A stretch of 64,000 nucleotides of DNA from Lepidodermella squamata (taxonomy: Eukaryota > Animalia > Gastrotricha), in assembly GCA_047495785.1 (NCBI GenBank), contig JBLDXI010000034.1:248001-312000 (forward strand), read 5' to 3'. Below, piece by piece: positions 25,386 through 39,456 of the stretch (within the stretch, counting starts at the first letter, position 1; every line of letters begins with the position of its first letter). A program made the translations under genes and the position numbers. The notes beneath the pieces were generated by a model. The model was not told the DNA's origin. It saw only the letters and a list, made by a program, of their open reading frames with translations, and searched no databases.

Positions 25386-26893
25386 ATGAAACCGATCATC
25401 AGTGGCAGTTCATTTGCAATCTTAATAGTTTTGATTTGTTGCTTGGTACCAGTCATTGAATGTTGCTGCCAAATAGTAGTTCTTCAAAAGGTCAGTGGTA
25501 GCAAATGCAAGTAGAAATTTGTTGTATGTTATTCCAAATTAAAAGGATCCGTTGCTAGAACGTGAAGTTCCGAAGTATCATCCAGAAGACATATCCTACG
25601 TGAAACTGGGGTGGGCAGTTAGAAATGCTGATGTCATCGAGGTCCGCAAGCTCATTGCAGACATCAAATCTGAAAACAATGGCAAATTCAACGCAAACTG
25701 GCTGGATAGAAGGAACTTCCACACAAATTTCACTCTACTGCACATGGTCGCAGACTACTCAGGCTACAGCGAGAATAGGGCGGTGATCGCTCAACTTCTC
25801 ATCGATAATGGGGCTGATGTTAACGCTAGAGAGGGGTCAAGACGCGCTTCATCAGTCTTACACTTAGCGGTTATCAATGGCCACCTGCCAGTTATCAAGG
25901 TACTGGTCAAATCTGGAGCCCATGTCCCTGCCTTGAGTAGTTTCGGACCTTTGTTATTAATGCATTTTAAAGCCCCCAACATCGAAATGGTCACATATTT
26001 GCTTGAAAACGGGTCGGATATGAAGCTGCGTGATTCCAAGGGCCATTCGCCGTTTACGGCAGTAGTTCTCAATGGCAACCTACGGCTGGCAATGATAATG
26101 TTAGCGAGGGGCGCCGATGTCAACGAGGTTGATGACAAGGGCCGGTCTGTGTTGCTGAAAGTGGTCGAGCAAAATTATTTCAAAATGATCAGGTGGCTAG
26201 TGGAGATTGGGGCGGATGTTAATTTTAACAAAAGAGAATTAACACACGTTGGAGGTTGATAATAATTGTTTAGTCTCGTAAAAATTTCTTTGTATCTTTT
26301 ACTCAGGCTCCTTTGTTGGTGAGACAGCGTTAATGATCGCTGCTCATTCCGGCAATGCTGCAACTGTAAAATACCTGATCGAAAAAGGCGCCAACGTGAA
26401 CTACATCGACACACGCGGCCTTACAGCCATTTTCGACGCAAATTCAGCCGAGACTGCTCGTCTGCTCGTTGACAAAGGAGCCGACATCCTAATCAAGAAT
26501 AAATTTGGACAAACCGTTCTCCACAACGCTGCTATTAAGGGTGATCCCGGAGAGATAGCGAAATTTGCTATTGAAAAGGGAGTCGATGTCAACCAGAGAG
26601 ATAAGGAAGATTGGACAGCTCTAATGTACGCAGCTCGCAAGGGTTACCCCCGTACTTGTAGCCTTTTACTTGACAACAAGGCGGAAATAGATCTGCTGAA
26701 CAATTACGGTTGCACGGCTTTGATAATTGCGGTTCAAAATGAAAACTATCGTGTCGTTAAATTGCTGGTCGAACGAGGCGCTAATGTCAACATCATAAAC
26801 CCTGTCTCGAAAGCAAAAGCCCTGGATTACGCGATTGCGTACTCTAATAATCTATTAGTGAACATTCTTAGGCCCCTGACAAATGAAAAATGA
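25386..26893 (+). CDS. Signal-peptide ankyrin-repeat protein A6, 466 aa; join(25386..25490,25546..26254,26307..26893)
   Basis: MKPIISG..VIECCCQ exon 1; 55- and 52-nt introns give a continuous frame. Confidence 0.88.
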
Positions 26894-27700
26894 TATTTGT
26901 GAATGAGGAAAAGCTAATCACTGCTTATCACATGTCAACAAACCGAAAAATTCGCAAAAAAACACTGTAATTCCCACCCTATTGTCAGGTGAAATTGGGT
27001 TATTTCCATGAAAAACTAAAAACTGTTAACTTGTGACTCCATTTAAGGAAATAAATGAAGTAGATGTTAAGGAAGGATTGGCAATGATCAAGGCCGAATT
27101 GCATATTATGAAACTTGCCTTCTGCCCCATCAGAGATTCACTGAAATGTTCTGATACATTGTGACGCCGAAATTGCGTCTCAAGAAAAATCTGAACATCA
27201 GAACTTGCCGTTCCTGCAGCAAAACCGGCTCATTTTTCTCCTACTGTCCTCATTTACCAAACCATCCTCGAATACAAAAATTCAGCCTATAAGACCTATA
27301 TTCCTGCAGGCTGTTCTATTGTTACTTGTTAGATATTGTCTTACGACGCAATTTCGGCGTCACTATGTAGCCATATTACAATGGAAAGGAGACGCTCGTT
27401 AAACAGCTTGTTGTAGTTGATGTTTTACGCATAGCGTGATTACCACGGGGATGGGAGGTATCGTCCCCCTAGCTCGGCCAGACTGTTTCGCCGATTTTAT
27501 ACGAGGAAATCCCTAGTTTTTCTTTGGGAAATGCAGGAAGCAATTTTTTCCACATCCGTGACAGCTCTAAGATCAATCATGATCGCACTCTAACTGCAAA
27601 AGCTCGGTTTTTTCATGGAGCCATTTCGGTACCCCTTCGACTGACCACTAACTCAAATCAGCCGATTCGTACTTGTAGAAATATAGTATTCTAATATAAG

Positions 27701-27858
27701 CAGTGCTCCGAGTACGGGAGTTAGGGGGTAAACAAACCCCCTTCACGTTGGAAAATTTCTGAAAAACGTAAGGGTCCTCCCTGTTGATTTGCAAATGTTG
27801 GGCTCAAAATGCTCGATTTAACCCCCTCAGAGCCATGTGACGCCGCACTCAGAGCATG
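27701..27858. mobile_element. Possible short hAT-like MITE
   Basis: Imperfect TIR cagtgctccgagtacgg / ccgcactcagagcatg. Confidence 0.4.
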
Positions 27859-28519
27859 CCGGCTTCACTTTTTAGCTCATCAATATTCCAATTATTTCGC
27901 AACCTGAAAAAATAATATGTCGGGGCTCAATTCGAATTTGTTTAATAATTTAAATTAAAAATTTTAAAATTAATTAGTTCAAGTTTTAAAGATCGCAAAA
28001 AGTAGAGTTTTGGCGCGGTTTCCGAGATGCTATCAAGAATCAAGAGGAGATGCATCTTTAGAGATGAATTTAGCTGATAAAACGGCAGCGTCTGCCCAAA
28101 ATTACACAGAAATAGCAGAAGAAATATTGGGGTTGAAAATAATGACATGATTCATCTCATTAAATTTAAACCGGTGAACTTTGCTCCCCATTAGTCTGAC
28201 TTCAGTTTTTCGTGTCTTAGTGCGGCGTCCTATCTACGTCACATGCTCAGAGCTGGACTTTATTGCTATACTTATCTAGTTTTCGTTTGCTCATTTGTAT
28301 CATTAATTAGACGAGAAACAGTTGTTCTGTTGCTTCGAGTGCGAGCTCTGGTCTCGGTATTCGCTATCGTCTCTGAACTAACGGTATATTTTTTTTAACT
28401 AAAATTCATTTAATTCATTAAAAATTCAGCATTTTAACGATCCTACTGAATCAGCAATGCTGTAAAATCCAAAGCGGGCAGTGGGAGACACATTTTTCCT
28501 GTGTCAAGCAAGCCAAAAC

Positions 28520-28858
28520 ATGAAACCGATTTTCAGCACCTGTTCATTTGCTATCGTAGTTTCGATAAGTTGCTTGGTACCAGCTGCTCAATGCTGCCTA
28601 CCAGCCATCTTCCACAGATAAAGAGGTCAGTCTTCTAAAAACCTGGAGAAACTTAGCCTTTTCCTAACATGATTCATTACGGAAAGGCTCCGATCGTAGT
28701 AAAAACTATCGATGCAAACGATACCTTGTATGAGGAATTGCGATTTGCTGTTGATGAGGCGGATGTCGATCAAGTTCGCCACCTGATTGGCGTCATAAGA
28801 ACACGAGACGGAGGTGCATTTAACGCGAACTGGCGAGATGAGAAAGCGTATAAAACTT
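28520..28858 (+). pseudogene. Truncated, frameshifted copy (A7) of the 5' end of ankyrin gene A11
   Basis: Near-identical to 39457-39808. A net 11-nt loss after the CC codons gives an early TAA, and homology ends at a LINE 3' end. Confidence 0.9.
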
Positions 28859-30065
28859 AAACTTAATGAAAGGTTAAACGGGGTCCTGCTAGGCCCAAAA
28901 AGACAACCAGTATTTCATCGGATGATGATTCAGATTCAGAAGCGGCAGCCCCGGGTTGTTCAGCTACGTCTGCCGGGCCGGCCAAGACTCAGCGATTACG
29001 CTCGGCGAGTGAGGCGAGTTCGTCTACGATTTCAACTCGGAGCAGAGCTAGGCAGCAAAAACTTTATTGAACTTGATTACGCTGGGATTCTTATAGAGAT
29101 TTGAAAAAGAAGATAATTTGCAATAGGTAGTAAATAAAATGGGTTATTTCAGTAGTCATTGTAATTTTCAAATTTTGATGGAAATCGGACTTCAACTGCT
29201 AGAAGTCAACACTTGGAAAACTTGAAAAACTACGTTCATATTATCACGATGTTGCTAAGGTGCCGTATATAAGTATGCAATTTCAGAGTAAGTCGGTAAT
29301 TATAAGCTATAGTTAAGATATGCGACAGTGATATATTGTTGACGGATTTGCACGTTAATATGGTTGGAATAGTGTTTGCAACATTGCTGGCGCTTGTTGA
29401 TGTAGACAGTTCCAGATGAATGTAGCAAGGTGGATCGCGTGTTTTTGATTCACGTCGACCCAACCTAGACGGCGTCTTAATGGTTCGGGATCAGCCAAGG
29501 GATGTGCACCGCAAATGACACGAATGGCCCGATCTTGAGTTGATTGCAATTTGGCTAGCGAACTCGGCGCTGCCTGACCCAGCGTGATGTCACCGTAATT
29601 CAAATGACTAAACACAAGCCCGTTAGCCATCATAATCGCCGTCTTTCTATCGACAAACTTGACGGCCAAGCGAAGGGCGTAGAGCTCTCTTCTCGCCTTG
29701 CTCTTGGCACTCCTTATTTGTTTCTTGAATGTGAGTTTGTTGTCGATGATAAATCCGAGAGTTGAACAACCGCATCGCCGATAGTGATAGCGAAGTTTGG
29801 AGCCGAAGGAACGGCGCACTTGAGTATCATAAATTGAGACTTCTTACCATTGACAAGTAGAGAATTGTTTGCCAACTACTTGCAGACCCGGTTCATTTCA
29901 TTTTGTAGGACGGAGCGTAATTCATTGATATAACGGCTTGCAAAGTAGATCGTGATGTCGTCGGGGTATTGTTTTATTTTGCAATGCGCAACAACCGACG
30001 GTAGCTCGTTTACGTAAACAGTGAACATCAACGGGCCGAGAACGGATCCCTGCGGCACTCAGCGT
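28859..30065 (-). mobile_element. 5'-truncated LINE (CR1/L2-like) reverse transcriptase fragment
   Basis: PQGSVLGPLMFTVYVN, YPDD (degenerate YADD), LGFIIDNKLTF and SHLNYG motifs; frameshifted. Confidence 0.85.
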
Positions 30066-30449
30066 TCAGTCGGACTTTTTCCGAAGTGTGAGTTCTTTCG
30101 CGACGTGAACGAAATGATACACCTTATTTCAATCGCTTAATCACGTTGCAGCATGCAGTTTTGAGTATAAAGTGTTGTGGGAAATTGATTATTTGCAAGA
30201 ATTATTTGAAATCTTTGATATTTCTTTAATGCGGGCTACAACAGGGTTTCTCAAACTGGGGGTCGCAGGGTTCACATAAAAAATCTACAAAAATTGCTTT
30301 AGCGGCATTGTTTCTATTTTATTTGACTGAAAACCAGCTGAAAATGAGGTTGTCCGTCGAGTTCATGAAAGGTTTGAAGAAATTATGGGAAAAATTAAGT
30401 AAATTGGGCAGGGTATTCGGTTTAAACTCAAACAGATTCAGGTTATCCG

Positions 30450-31152
30450 AAATCGAGCACGCCGAGGCCTCTACGCGCTAAAATTGGCTGCGAAGCACTT
30501 GGACAGAAACACACTAAAGATGATGGCCAATGGGATTGTCTTCAGCCACCTTGGGTACGCTGACAATGTGCTGGCGCAATCGGCCGATACAAATCTGCTG
30601 CCACTTCAGGCAGTCCAGGATAATGCTGTGCGTGTTATCATGAAAGTGCAAAGTCGTTCGGATCCCGAACCTCTACGAAAACAACTGCAATGGCTCTACT
30701 CTCTAAGCAACAAACGTAAGGTTCACATCGCTACTTTGGTCTGGCGAGCGATCAACGGAGAAGCGCCAGAGGCAATAAATAACCTCTTTAGTCTGAAGAC
30801 GCTCGGCGCTAATAAACGGCTTACACGCAGTTTCTTTAGCAATGCGCTTGAGGTTCCGGCTTTCTCCTCATTCCAAGGACAAAAAACACTTGCCTACAGA
30901 GGTGCGGTTCTTTTTAACCTTCTGCCACATGAGGCTCAAAACTGCTCATGCTTGTCAGCAAGCCACCTACAAGTTCTTACTGACGAGCGGGCCCTTCGAA
31001 TTCAGTAGCAAATAAACCTCGGAACATTGAAATGGAACTGAACTTATAACGAGATTCTGAACGGACAATTGTGATATGCCCATCTTTTATCTCCAACTTT
31101 GCTCGAGCTTCCTCACTGGATTCAGACTCGCTAAATAAATAAATAAATAAAT
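30450..31152 (+). mobile_element. LINE 3' fragment with (TAAA)n tail
   Basis: MMANGIVFSHLGY..DPEPLRKQLQWL is homologous to the 29355 ORF; (taaa)5 at 31132. Confidence 0.8.
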
Positions 31153-31600
31153 ACACCGGTGCCAGTATAAAACCGCTTTTTGCAAGATCGATAAAAACCG
31201 CGGTTTTAAGTATACAGACAAATCCGACGGTTAGATAGTAAGACATCACAAAGAATACGTCGTCCTAGCTAAAGGTGTTGGCACAAAATTCAGCGACAAG
31301 ATCAGGAGTTGCATTAGTTATGATAATCAGCTTTGATTCTTAGCGTGAAGGATTATTTGCCAAGTAAGATTCTTACAAATTCGAACAAAAATCAATCATT
31401 CACAGTATAATCGATAATCGGTATTCGATAACCGACACTCCCAGTATAAAAGCTGATGCGCTCATCGTGTTCAGCGCCTCAGATCTCAAATATCTCTACA
31501 AAATTCGTAAAAATAACGAAAATATCGCAAAATCAAAATTCACTTCCGGTTTTTTTAATTGTTGAGCGGAAAATTGTAAAGAAAAATGTTTTTCGAAGGA

Positions 31601-32687
31601 ATCGGCAATTTGCCACGACACAGTTGGCGTTTGCCGTTCTATTTTTAGCACGAACTTGTTCACGTGAATGGTGGCTGTTATTTTTTGCGTCTTCTTCGTC
31701 GTCGTATTCCACTTCTATGGCAATGTTGGTAATGAATGAATTTTATTGCTCTTGGCACTGGGTAGAGGCAAAAAATACGGAACGCGCCAACACTTTATTA
31801 CACTGATGTCGCTAAATTCGATCTCAAATTAAGTATTATTGAATTTTTGATCGAATTTCTCGAAGGCTGGTTTATTGAATCACTCAGAAATAATTATATT
31901 AATTTCTGATTTATCTGATATCATCAAATTTCAACTCCTGCTGTGCAAACGCGCCAGCTTGAATTTTTTGACAAATATTTCTAGTTTTGAAACGCTTCCG
32001 ATTGGCAGTTTTTTACCCGTACAAAAGCCTCTAAATACTGAGGTTTGAAAGGGTTGAAAGTGAGACTCGAAGTATTGAGTGTTCAAACAATAAAAACCAT
32101 CTGACACTTGGCTAGTTTTATTATTCATTAGTGGAAATTCAAGGCGGGTTAACAAGAAAAATGAAGTATTTGTTTGTACTTGTGGGATGCAATAGTTTTT
32201 AATGAAATTCTTTCGAGATTTCAAAAATATCCCCATTATATTGCCCAACAATTTTTAATTTTTCGGTACTCAGATGGAATCAGCAGATGTTCTTTGTCTA
32301 AAAAATAATCGCTATTTAGCTGACTGAAATTAATTTGTAAATTTATAAAATTTGAAGTGAAATTCTGTCATCTGGTAATAAATTACGTTTGCTCTTTAAA
32401 TTTTACCCCGTCTATTGTTTCATTCAAATACAAATCGCAAATTTCTGCGCAAATTACATAATGAAATCAGCGCAACCGATATCGGCGTAATAAAAATGTG
32501 TCGCGTGCCCTATATTTAGCTACTGATCAGTGCCAAAAGCCATAAAATTCATTCATTACCAACATCGCCATAGAAGTGGAATACGACGACGAAGAAGACG
32601 CAAAAAATAACAGCCATCATTCACGTGAACAAGTTCGTGCTAAAAATAGAACGGCAAACGCCAACTGTGCCGTAGCAAATTGCTGAT
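31601..32687. mobile_element. Element with ~160-bp inverted repeats
   Basis: 31601-31760 is the reverse complement of 32528-32687 with few mismatches. Confidence 0.85.
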
Positions 32688-33230
32688 GGAAAAGGTGTAT
32701 TGCTTTATTGCATTTAATCGAATTTTCATGAAAATAGCCGAGTAACACGTCAAACTATGCAGTTTTTTGCGTCGATTAACGTGGTCCACTGCAAAATTGA
32801 ATGGAAGCTAAGGTATTTGAGTTGTTCGACTCTCCATTGGTCAGATCCTTTGATTATTGAAATACATTAAACACCGGTGTTTATTACCGGTATTGGTTTA
32901 AACTGGTGGGCGGTTTTTTCAGAATAAAAACCGGTCGGTTTAATACCCTGAAATTGGGTGATATTTTATAGCTTGGACGCATAGTTGTTGAGCATCCTTT
33001 CCCACAGTGAAGGCCAAAAGGGAAAGAAAATCGCTAGGGGTCGCAGCCTGGTTAAGAAATTTGATTTTGAGGTCGCCAAGGGTTTGGGGGTTGAGAAGCC
33101 CTGAGCTAAATTTAAGAAAAAACTCATTCACCCATTTTTTCTTCTCAAAACAAAATTTACAGAAACTTTTCCTCAAAAGAAACAGATCAGTTTTAGAAAT
33201 CAAATTGACCCAATACACATAGTATCTTTA

Positions 33231-33568
33231 CATTGCGTGACCACTTGAAAGTCCAATCCAATGCTCACGCTGATTGGTCAATCGATCGTTGCTATGACTC
33301 CCGGATGAAACGTTCTGTCGTGCGATCCATAAGATTTTTTGCAACAAGTGTTTTTTGCCGCAGCAATTTACCACATTTAATATGGAGTTTACGCTCGTGA
33401 TCAATGGAAACCGGGCAGAGGGTGTGGCAAGGTCATTTTTTACATAAATGTAAAATAATTTATTAGTGGATCGCACGACGGAAACGTTTCATTCCGGAGT
33501 CATTAGCAACGATAAATTGACCAATCAGCGTGCGCGCCAAGGTTCAACTTACCAGTGGCTCCACAATG
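33231..33568. mobile_element. Palindromic MITE with TTA flanks (Harbinger-like)
   Basis: cattg..caatg termini; inner inverted repeat cacgctgattggtcaat..gtcgtgcgatcca mirrored at 33468-33532. Confidence 0.7.
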
Positions 33569-34002
33569 TTACTTAACCAGAATTCTTCATTAAAAATCTT
33601 CAAAAAATCTAAAAATTCTTCGCAATGCAACCACCTATTGCGAGCGAATCCAGCTTTAGCCTACAGTTCTTAGGTCTGGAAATGGCCACCCTTAACATTA
33701 GGATCTCGAATGAGAAAAAATGTTTAGGAAATTGAAAGTTCTCATAAGTACACGTATTGACACAGTTTGGGTGACGATGAACAAGCTGAAGTATCACATA
33801 TTGCCGAAGTAAATCAAATGGGAATTTCAGCCGGTATCAGGTTCCAGGTTGGCTTCAATTAAATTAAGCTTTTTAATGAGAATAGTTCCCCGAGCGCCAG
33901 GTTAATTGTACATTCAAAAAACCAGAGGAAACCGCTAAACTGTAAGCTCATCAGGTTAGCTAGTTCTCGCATGCAGCTAGTATCGAGAAACAACGTTAGG
34001 AA

Positions 34003-35884
34003 ATGCACACTGCTAGAAGCGTTTCACTCTCCATATTGTTCTGTAGCTTGGTATCAGTAATTGATTGTTGCTTGAGATCGAGCGAAAAAGCATCAACAAC
34101 TACAACAACAACGATAACGCCTATCGTCTATACTAGTCAGTACTATACTACTCAGTATACTACTCGATATTCTGGATATTTCGAAAGATACGCAGAAATT
34201 CTTCACAATGAATTGGCCGACAACGTGGACAAGGCTGACGTATATAGAACTCACGAACTGATCGGCAAAATCTATGCCGAGATTCAACTCGATGCAAACT
34301 GGCGCGAAACCGATGAGATACAGCGTTGCGGGAATTTTATCAGGAAGGCAACCCTTCTTCACCGGGCTTCGATTTGCCCTGACCGAAGCAAAGAACGTGC
34401 GGAAATTATTCAACTTCTCATTAAATACGGGGCTGATGTCAACGCAAGGGATGGTGCAAATAACACCGCCTTGATCTTCGTAGCAAAGACCGGGAACCTC
34501 ATCGCAGCCAGTGAGCTTTTGAAGGCTGGTGCTAACGCCAATTATGTGAATCAGTTGCGGCAAGGAGCGTTGTACTTCGCAGCTGATAAAGGCGATAAAG
34601 ATATGGCGTTGCTTCTGCTGCAAAATGGGGCGGACATCAAGCTGCGGGATGTCAAAGGACATTCGCCGTTTATGTGGGCGGCCTTCAAGGGCCATCTTGA
34701 GATTGCGAAGATTTTGCTCGAGAATGGTGGGGATGTTAACGAGATGGATGATAGGGGCGAATATGTGCTAATGATGGTGACGAGGTACAACCACTTTGAA
34801 ATGATCCAATGGCTGGTGGAGAATGGTGCAGACGTGAATTGCGACAAATGTGATGAAAACTACGGTATATTTTTGGGTCATTTCAGAATTTTCAAGTCTT
34901 TCATTAAGAAAATAAGTGAACGCCTATAAATTGAAATTTCGCGTTTTTCTGCATGTTTTTTACTTCAAATGAAATCTGTATTTGAAACAAATTAAAAATT
35001 GAAATAAGAAAGAAATTAGAAATAGGTAGTTTAAAAAATATTTTGTTTACATTGGCAACGGGGTTTTGCTCGTTCGTTGGGCAACAAGAGCGCGAGAGGC
35101 CGCGGCGTCGGCCTGGGCTTCCCTATAGCTAAGAAATATAACAACTCTGCAATTCTTCGCTAGCTCATCGCAAATTATAGAATCGATGATCTGTCCCTCA
35201 TAGTTTTTGAGCTGAAGCCCAGGATCCTTCCCCAGCCTCAAAGATCCTACTTCATCCACTAATCCGAACTGACAATTATTGTATTCATTTTTCTATCCAG
35301 TATTGGGTCCAGACTGCGATGAGAAGCCTCTAAGTCGTGCCGCTGCTTACGGTACTGAGAAAACTGTGAAATTTCTCATTGAGAAAGGCGCGAAAGTTAA
35401 CCATGTCAGCAGGCGGGGATTAACGGCTTTGTTTTACGCCAGCTCAATGGGAAACATCAAGACTCTGGTTGAAAATGGCGCCGACTTGCGGTTCACGGAT
35501 AAAGCTGGGCGGGACCTACTACATCATGCTGCTATCAATCGCAAAATGGATATAGCGAGATTTGCCGTTGAAAACAGGTTCGATGTGAATCGGAAGGATA
35601 TCGAAGGTTGGACAGCGTTGATGTATGCTGCCAAGGAAAAAATGTCAGATATTGTTGAGCTGCTGCTAGACAATAAGGCTAAGATCGATCTAACGAACAA
35701 TGACGGCATGACGGCTCTAATGATTGCGGCAAATTATGACCACTTAAACGGGGCGAAAGCCTTGGTGAAAAGAGGCGCTGATGTGCATTTCAAGAACAAG
35801 ATTAACGGAAAAACGGCGCTAGATTACGCCAAGTATTCCATTTTCGTCGGTGATTTTCTTAGATCTATCACGAACCGAAAGTAA
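34003..35884 (+). CDS. Signal-peptide ankyrin-repeat protein A8, 481 aa, paralog of A1; join(34003..34864,35301..35884)
   Basis: VIDCCLRSS leader; same intron position as A1; frame continuous. Confidence 0.9.
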
Positions 35885-36286
35885 TAAGAGCCATAGTCAT
35901 CTGTCAAAAAGTTAGTATTAGTATTCCGATTATATTCAAGGATTTTTCGATAAAACCCTTTATGATTGGCTCATTTCGGGCTCTCTCTGTTGTACTGCAC
36001 TCTCTGCTACATCCTATTTGAGAAACATATTCCGGCAGTCCAGGCATAGTATTGTGCAAGAATTATCAGAGATTCGTTAGAGGTTTCGTGTTTGAGCATC
36101 CTAGAATGTTGCTGATTGCTGCTCCAATGTTTTCAATGTAGGATTGATATAGATCTATGAGGATTTTTCTGGCTAATAGAGAGAAAATTAGCGCAGGATT
36201 AATTTTAAATTCAACACTGCGGTTAACGTTGAGCTATGCACTAGTGCACCGTATTTATTTCAAGTTTTTCAGCAAATATTACCGTA

Positions 36287-36830
36287 ATGCACTTAACTAG
36301 CATAAAATTCCTGTACCTCGTAATTTGCATCGCTATCTTATTACCAGCAATCGATTGTTGTCTGACCTCTAGCGAAAAGCGATCGTTCTTGTCTTCGTTT
36401 TTGTCCCGGGAAGAGATGCTGCTTCAATCAAGGTGCCGACGAACCCCCACCAAGCCCTTTACCAGCAATTAGCTCTAGCCTCAGAGAAAGCCGACATCTA
36501 TTGAGTTCGCGAACTTATCAGAGAAATCAAATATCGAAACAACGGACATTTCAATGCGAATTGGCGCGAGAAGGGCAATGTGCTATTCTGCGAGTACGGC
36601 ATCAAAAACTCGACCTTACTACACGTGTTTCAGCCTGCCCTGGTCAAGGTGAGAAGCGATCGGAAATCGCTCAAATTCTCGTCAATCACGAAGCAACTCC
36701 TCTTCACTTCGCGGCTAGAGTCGGGCATTTGGCTATAGCAATGGTCCTAGTGAAAGCCGGAGTCGACGTCAATGCGGCAAGCCCTTACCGTCAAATACCA
36801 CTGTTGCTTGCTGCAAATAGGGGCGACAGA
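36287..36830 (+). pseudogene. Ankyrin pseudogene A9 (A4-like)
   Basis: Frameshifts, CGA>TGA, a 30-nt deletion, and truncation where the sequence switches to an A5-like upstream region. Confidence 0.9.
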
Positions 36831-37069
36831 GAATCGTGTTTCCATCGGAAGCTCATTTACATAATGAATGCAACAGGAAACAGAGTTTTGTTACCGCGGG
36901 TTTGGCCACGGGACGGTCACGGCGCTGTCTAGCTGCTCTGTGTGTCTGAGTGAAACGGAAAAATTAAAAAAAATGCTTTGGATTCAGTATATTAATGATC
37001 CCACCTAATTATCTATGCTTAAAAATCCGAACCGGTAGCCGAGGCCTCATTATTCCTATTTCTGAAAAC

Positions 37070-38594
37070 ATGAAACCGAACAGTTCATTTGCCATCTTTT
37101 TGTTGATCGTTTGCTTGGTACCAGCTATTGAATGTTGCTGCAATCCATTCGAATCTCAAGAGGTCAGTCTTGTTAGCAGTCTTTAAAACTGCTGGAACAA
37201 ACTATTTTTTGTTTGCTAAAAGTTACTCTAAAATTGAAGAAACCGAAACAATTACCTGTGGTTGATACGAAAGACTTGCCCTATACAGTAAACTGGGGTT
37301 GGCAGTTGAAAAGGCTGATGTGAGCCAGGCTCATTGCCGATATCAAAGCTGAAAACAATGGCACCTTCAATGCGAACTGGCGGAAATAAGGAACTTACCG
37401 AACCCGAACAAGTTCGGAATATTTCGTGAACCTCACCCTACTGCACCAGCTCGCAGCCTGACCCGGCCACAGTGAGCAACGGGCGGAGATCGCCCAGCTT
37501 CTCATCGATAATGGGGCTGATGTTAACGCTAGAGAAGCGTCTGAACTCGAATCATCAGTTTTGAACATAGCAGCTAACAATGGCCACCTGCCGGTTATCA
37601 AGCTACTCGTAAAATCTGGAGCCGATGTCAATGCTGTGAATGGTTACGGAACTTCGCTCTTTATGGCTGATACCGACAAAAACATCGAAATCGTCACTTT
37701 TTTGCTTGACAACAGGGCTGATGTAAAGCGGCGTCATTTCATGGGCTTTTCGTGGCTCATGGCAGCCGCTACAAATGGATGCCTGAGGCTGGCGAAGATT
37801 CTGCTGGCGAGGGGCGCCAATGCTAACGACGTGGATATCGACGGCCGGTCTGTGTTACTGAGAGTGATGGAGGGGAACGAAATTGGAATGATCAAGTTGC
37901 TAGTCGAGAATGGGGCAAATGTTAATTTCAACAAAAGGCATTTAACTGACTTTGAAGGTTGATAATCTTTCCGATCTTGCAGAAATTACTTCGGTTTTAT
38001 TTCTTAGCCTCCTATTTCGGCGAAACAGCGTTGCTGTTCGCTGCACGTTTTCGCGATGTTACAATCGTTAGATACCTGATCGAAAAAGGCGCCAATGTGA
38101 ACTACATCGACAGCCGCGGCCTTACAGCTATTTTCGACGCAAATTCAGCCGAGACTGCTAAGCTGCTCGTTGACAATGGAGCCGACATCCTAATCAAGAA
38201 TAACATGGGACAAACCGTTCTTCATGCTGCTGCATTAGGCGGTAAAATCGAAATTGCGAAATTTGCTATTGAAAATGGGGTTGATGTCAACCAGAGAGAT
38301 AAGACAGACTGGACAGCTTTGATGTACGCGGCTCGCGAGGGTCGCACCGATATTGTTGAACTCTTACTGGACTACAAGGCTGATATAGATCTGCTGAACA
38401 ATTACGGCTGCACGGTTTTGATAATTGCTGTTCAAAATGAAATGATTGATGTCGTTGAATTGTTGGTGAAACGAGGCGCAGATGTCAATTTCATAAACCC
38501 TCTCTCAAAAGCAAAGGCCCTGGACTACGCGATTGCGTACTCAAATGATCGATTATTAGTCGACTTCCTTAAACCCCTGACACATGTAAAATGA
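37070..38594 (+). pseudogene. Ankyrin pseudogene A10 (A5/A6-like)
   Basis: Exons 1 and 3 are intact. Exon 2 has indels near 37285-37330 and TGA stops at 37321 and 37459. Confidence 0.85.
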
Positions 38595-39456
38595 TATTCG
38601 CGAGTGGAAAAATGAATCACCGCTTTCCACTTGTCAACGTACCGAAGAATGCGCATAAAATACTGAAAGAACTACCCCATTGTCAAGTGAAATTGGGTTA
38701 TTTCTATGAAATGAGAGAAAACTGATAATCTATTCACGCAAAAAATAAAGAACTATTTAATCATAGCATGGAATGTCCTAGTCGCAAATGGAACCATTTC
38801 TTTCCTAATAAGCCGACGTTCAAGAGGTATAATGCAACACAGGTGAGACGGTTCGTGACGGCATCTAAGGAAAACGGAATAAAAATCAAAACCTGCCCCA
38901 TAAGAGATTCACTGAAATTTTCTGTTGGCCTACGACAAGGACTGAATGGATTGATTGGACCTGATTTATTGTTATTAGGTTGTTACGTTGGTATAAGGTA
39001 TGACATCTTTTTTGTTGAGCTCTCAACTTTGAGACATATGCTCTATGCCCGTAATAATTTAATAAATTATTGAATATAGCAACTCAACCCACCGTCACAA
39101 TTTAGCTACCCACCCGCAAATTATTGACATTTCGGCTATTTTTGAGCTTTTGAGGTCCATTCATACCCTATTTCGTGACAACTCACCCCTAATTTAGCTT
39201 ATTGCTATACTTATCTAGTTTACGTTTGCTCATTTGCATCATTAATTAGACGAGAAACAGTTGTTCTGTTGCTTCGAGTGCGAGCTCTGGTCTCGGTATT
39301 CGCTATCATCTCTGAACTAACGGTATATTTGTTAATTAAAATTCATTCAATTCATTAAAAATTCAGCATTATAGCGATCCCACTGAATCAGCAATGCTAT
39401 AAAATCTAAAGCGGGCAGTGGGAGACACATTTTTCCTGTGTTAAGCAAGCCAAAAC

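Larger units (their letters stand above)
30242..33103. mobile_element. hAT (Charlie-like) non-autonomous element carrying nested insertions
   Basis: Ends cagggtttctcaaact..ggggtcgc and ggggtcgc..ttgagaagccctg; degenerate 8-bp flanks ggctacaa/agctaaat. Confidence 0.6.
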
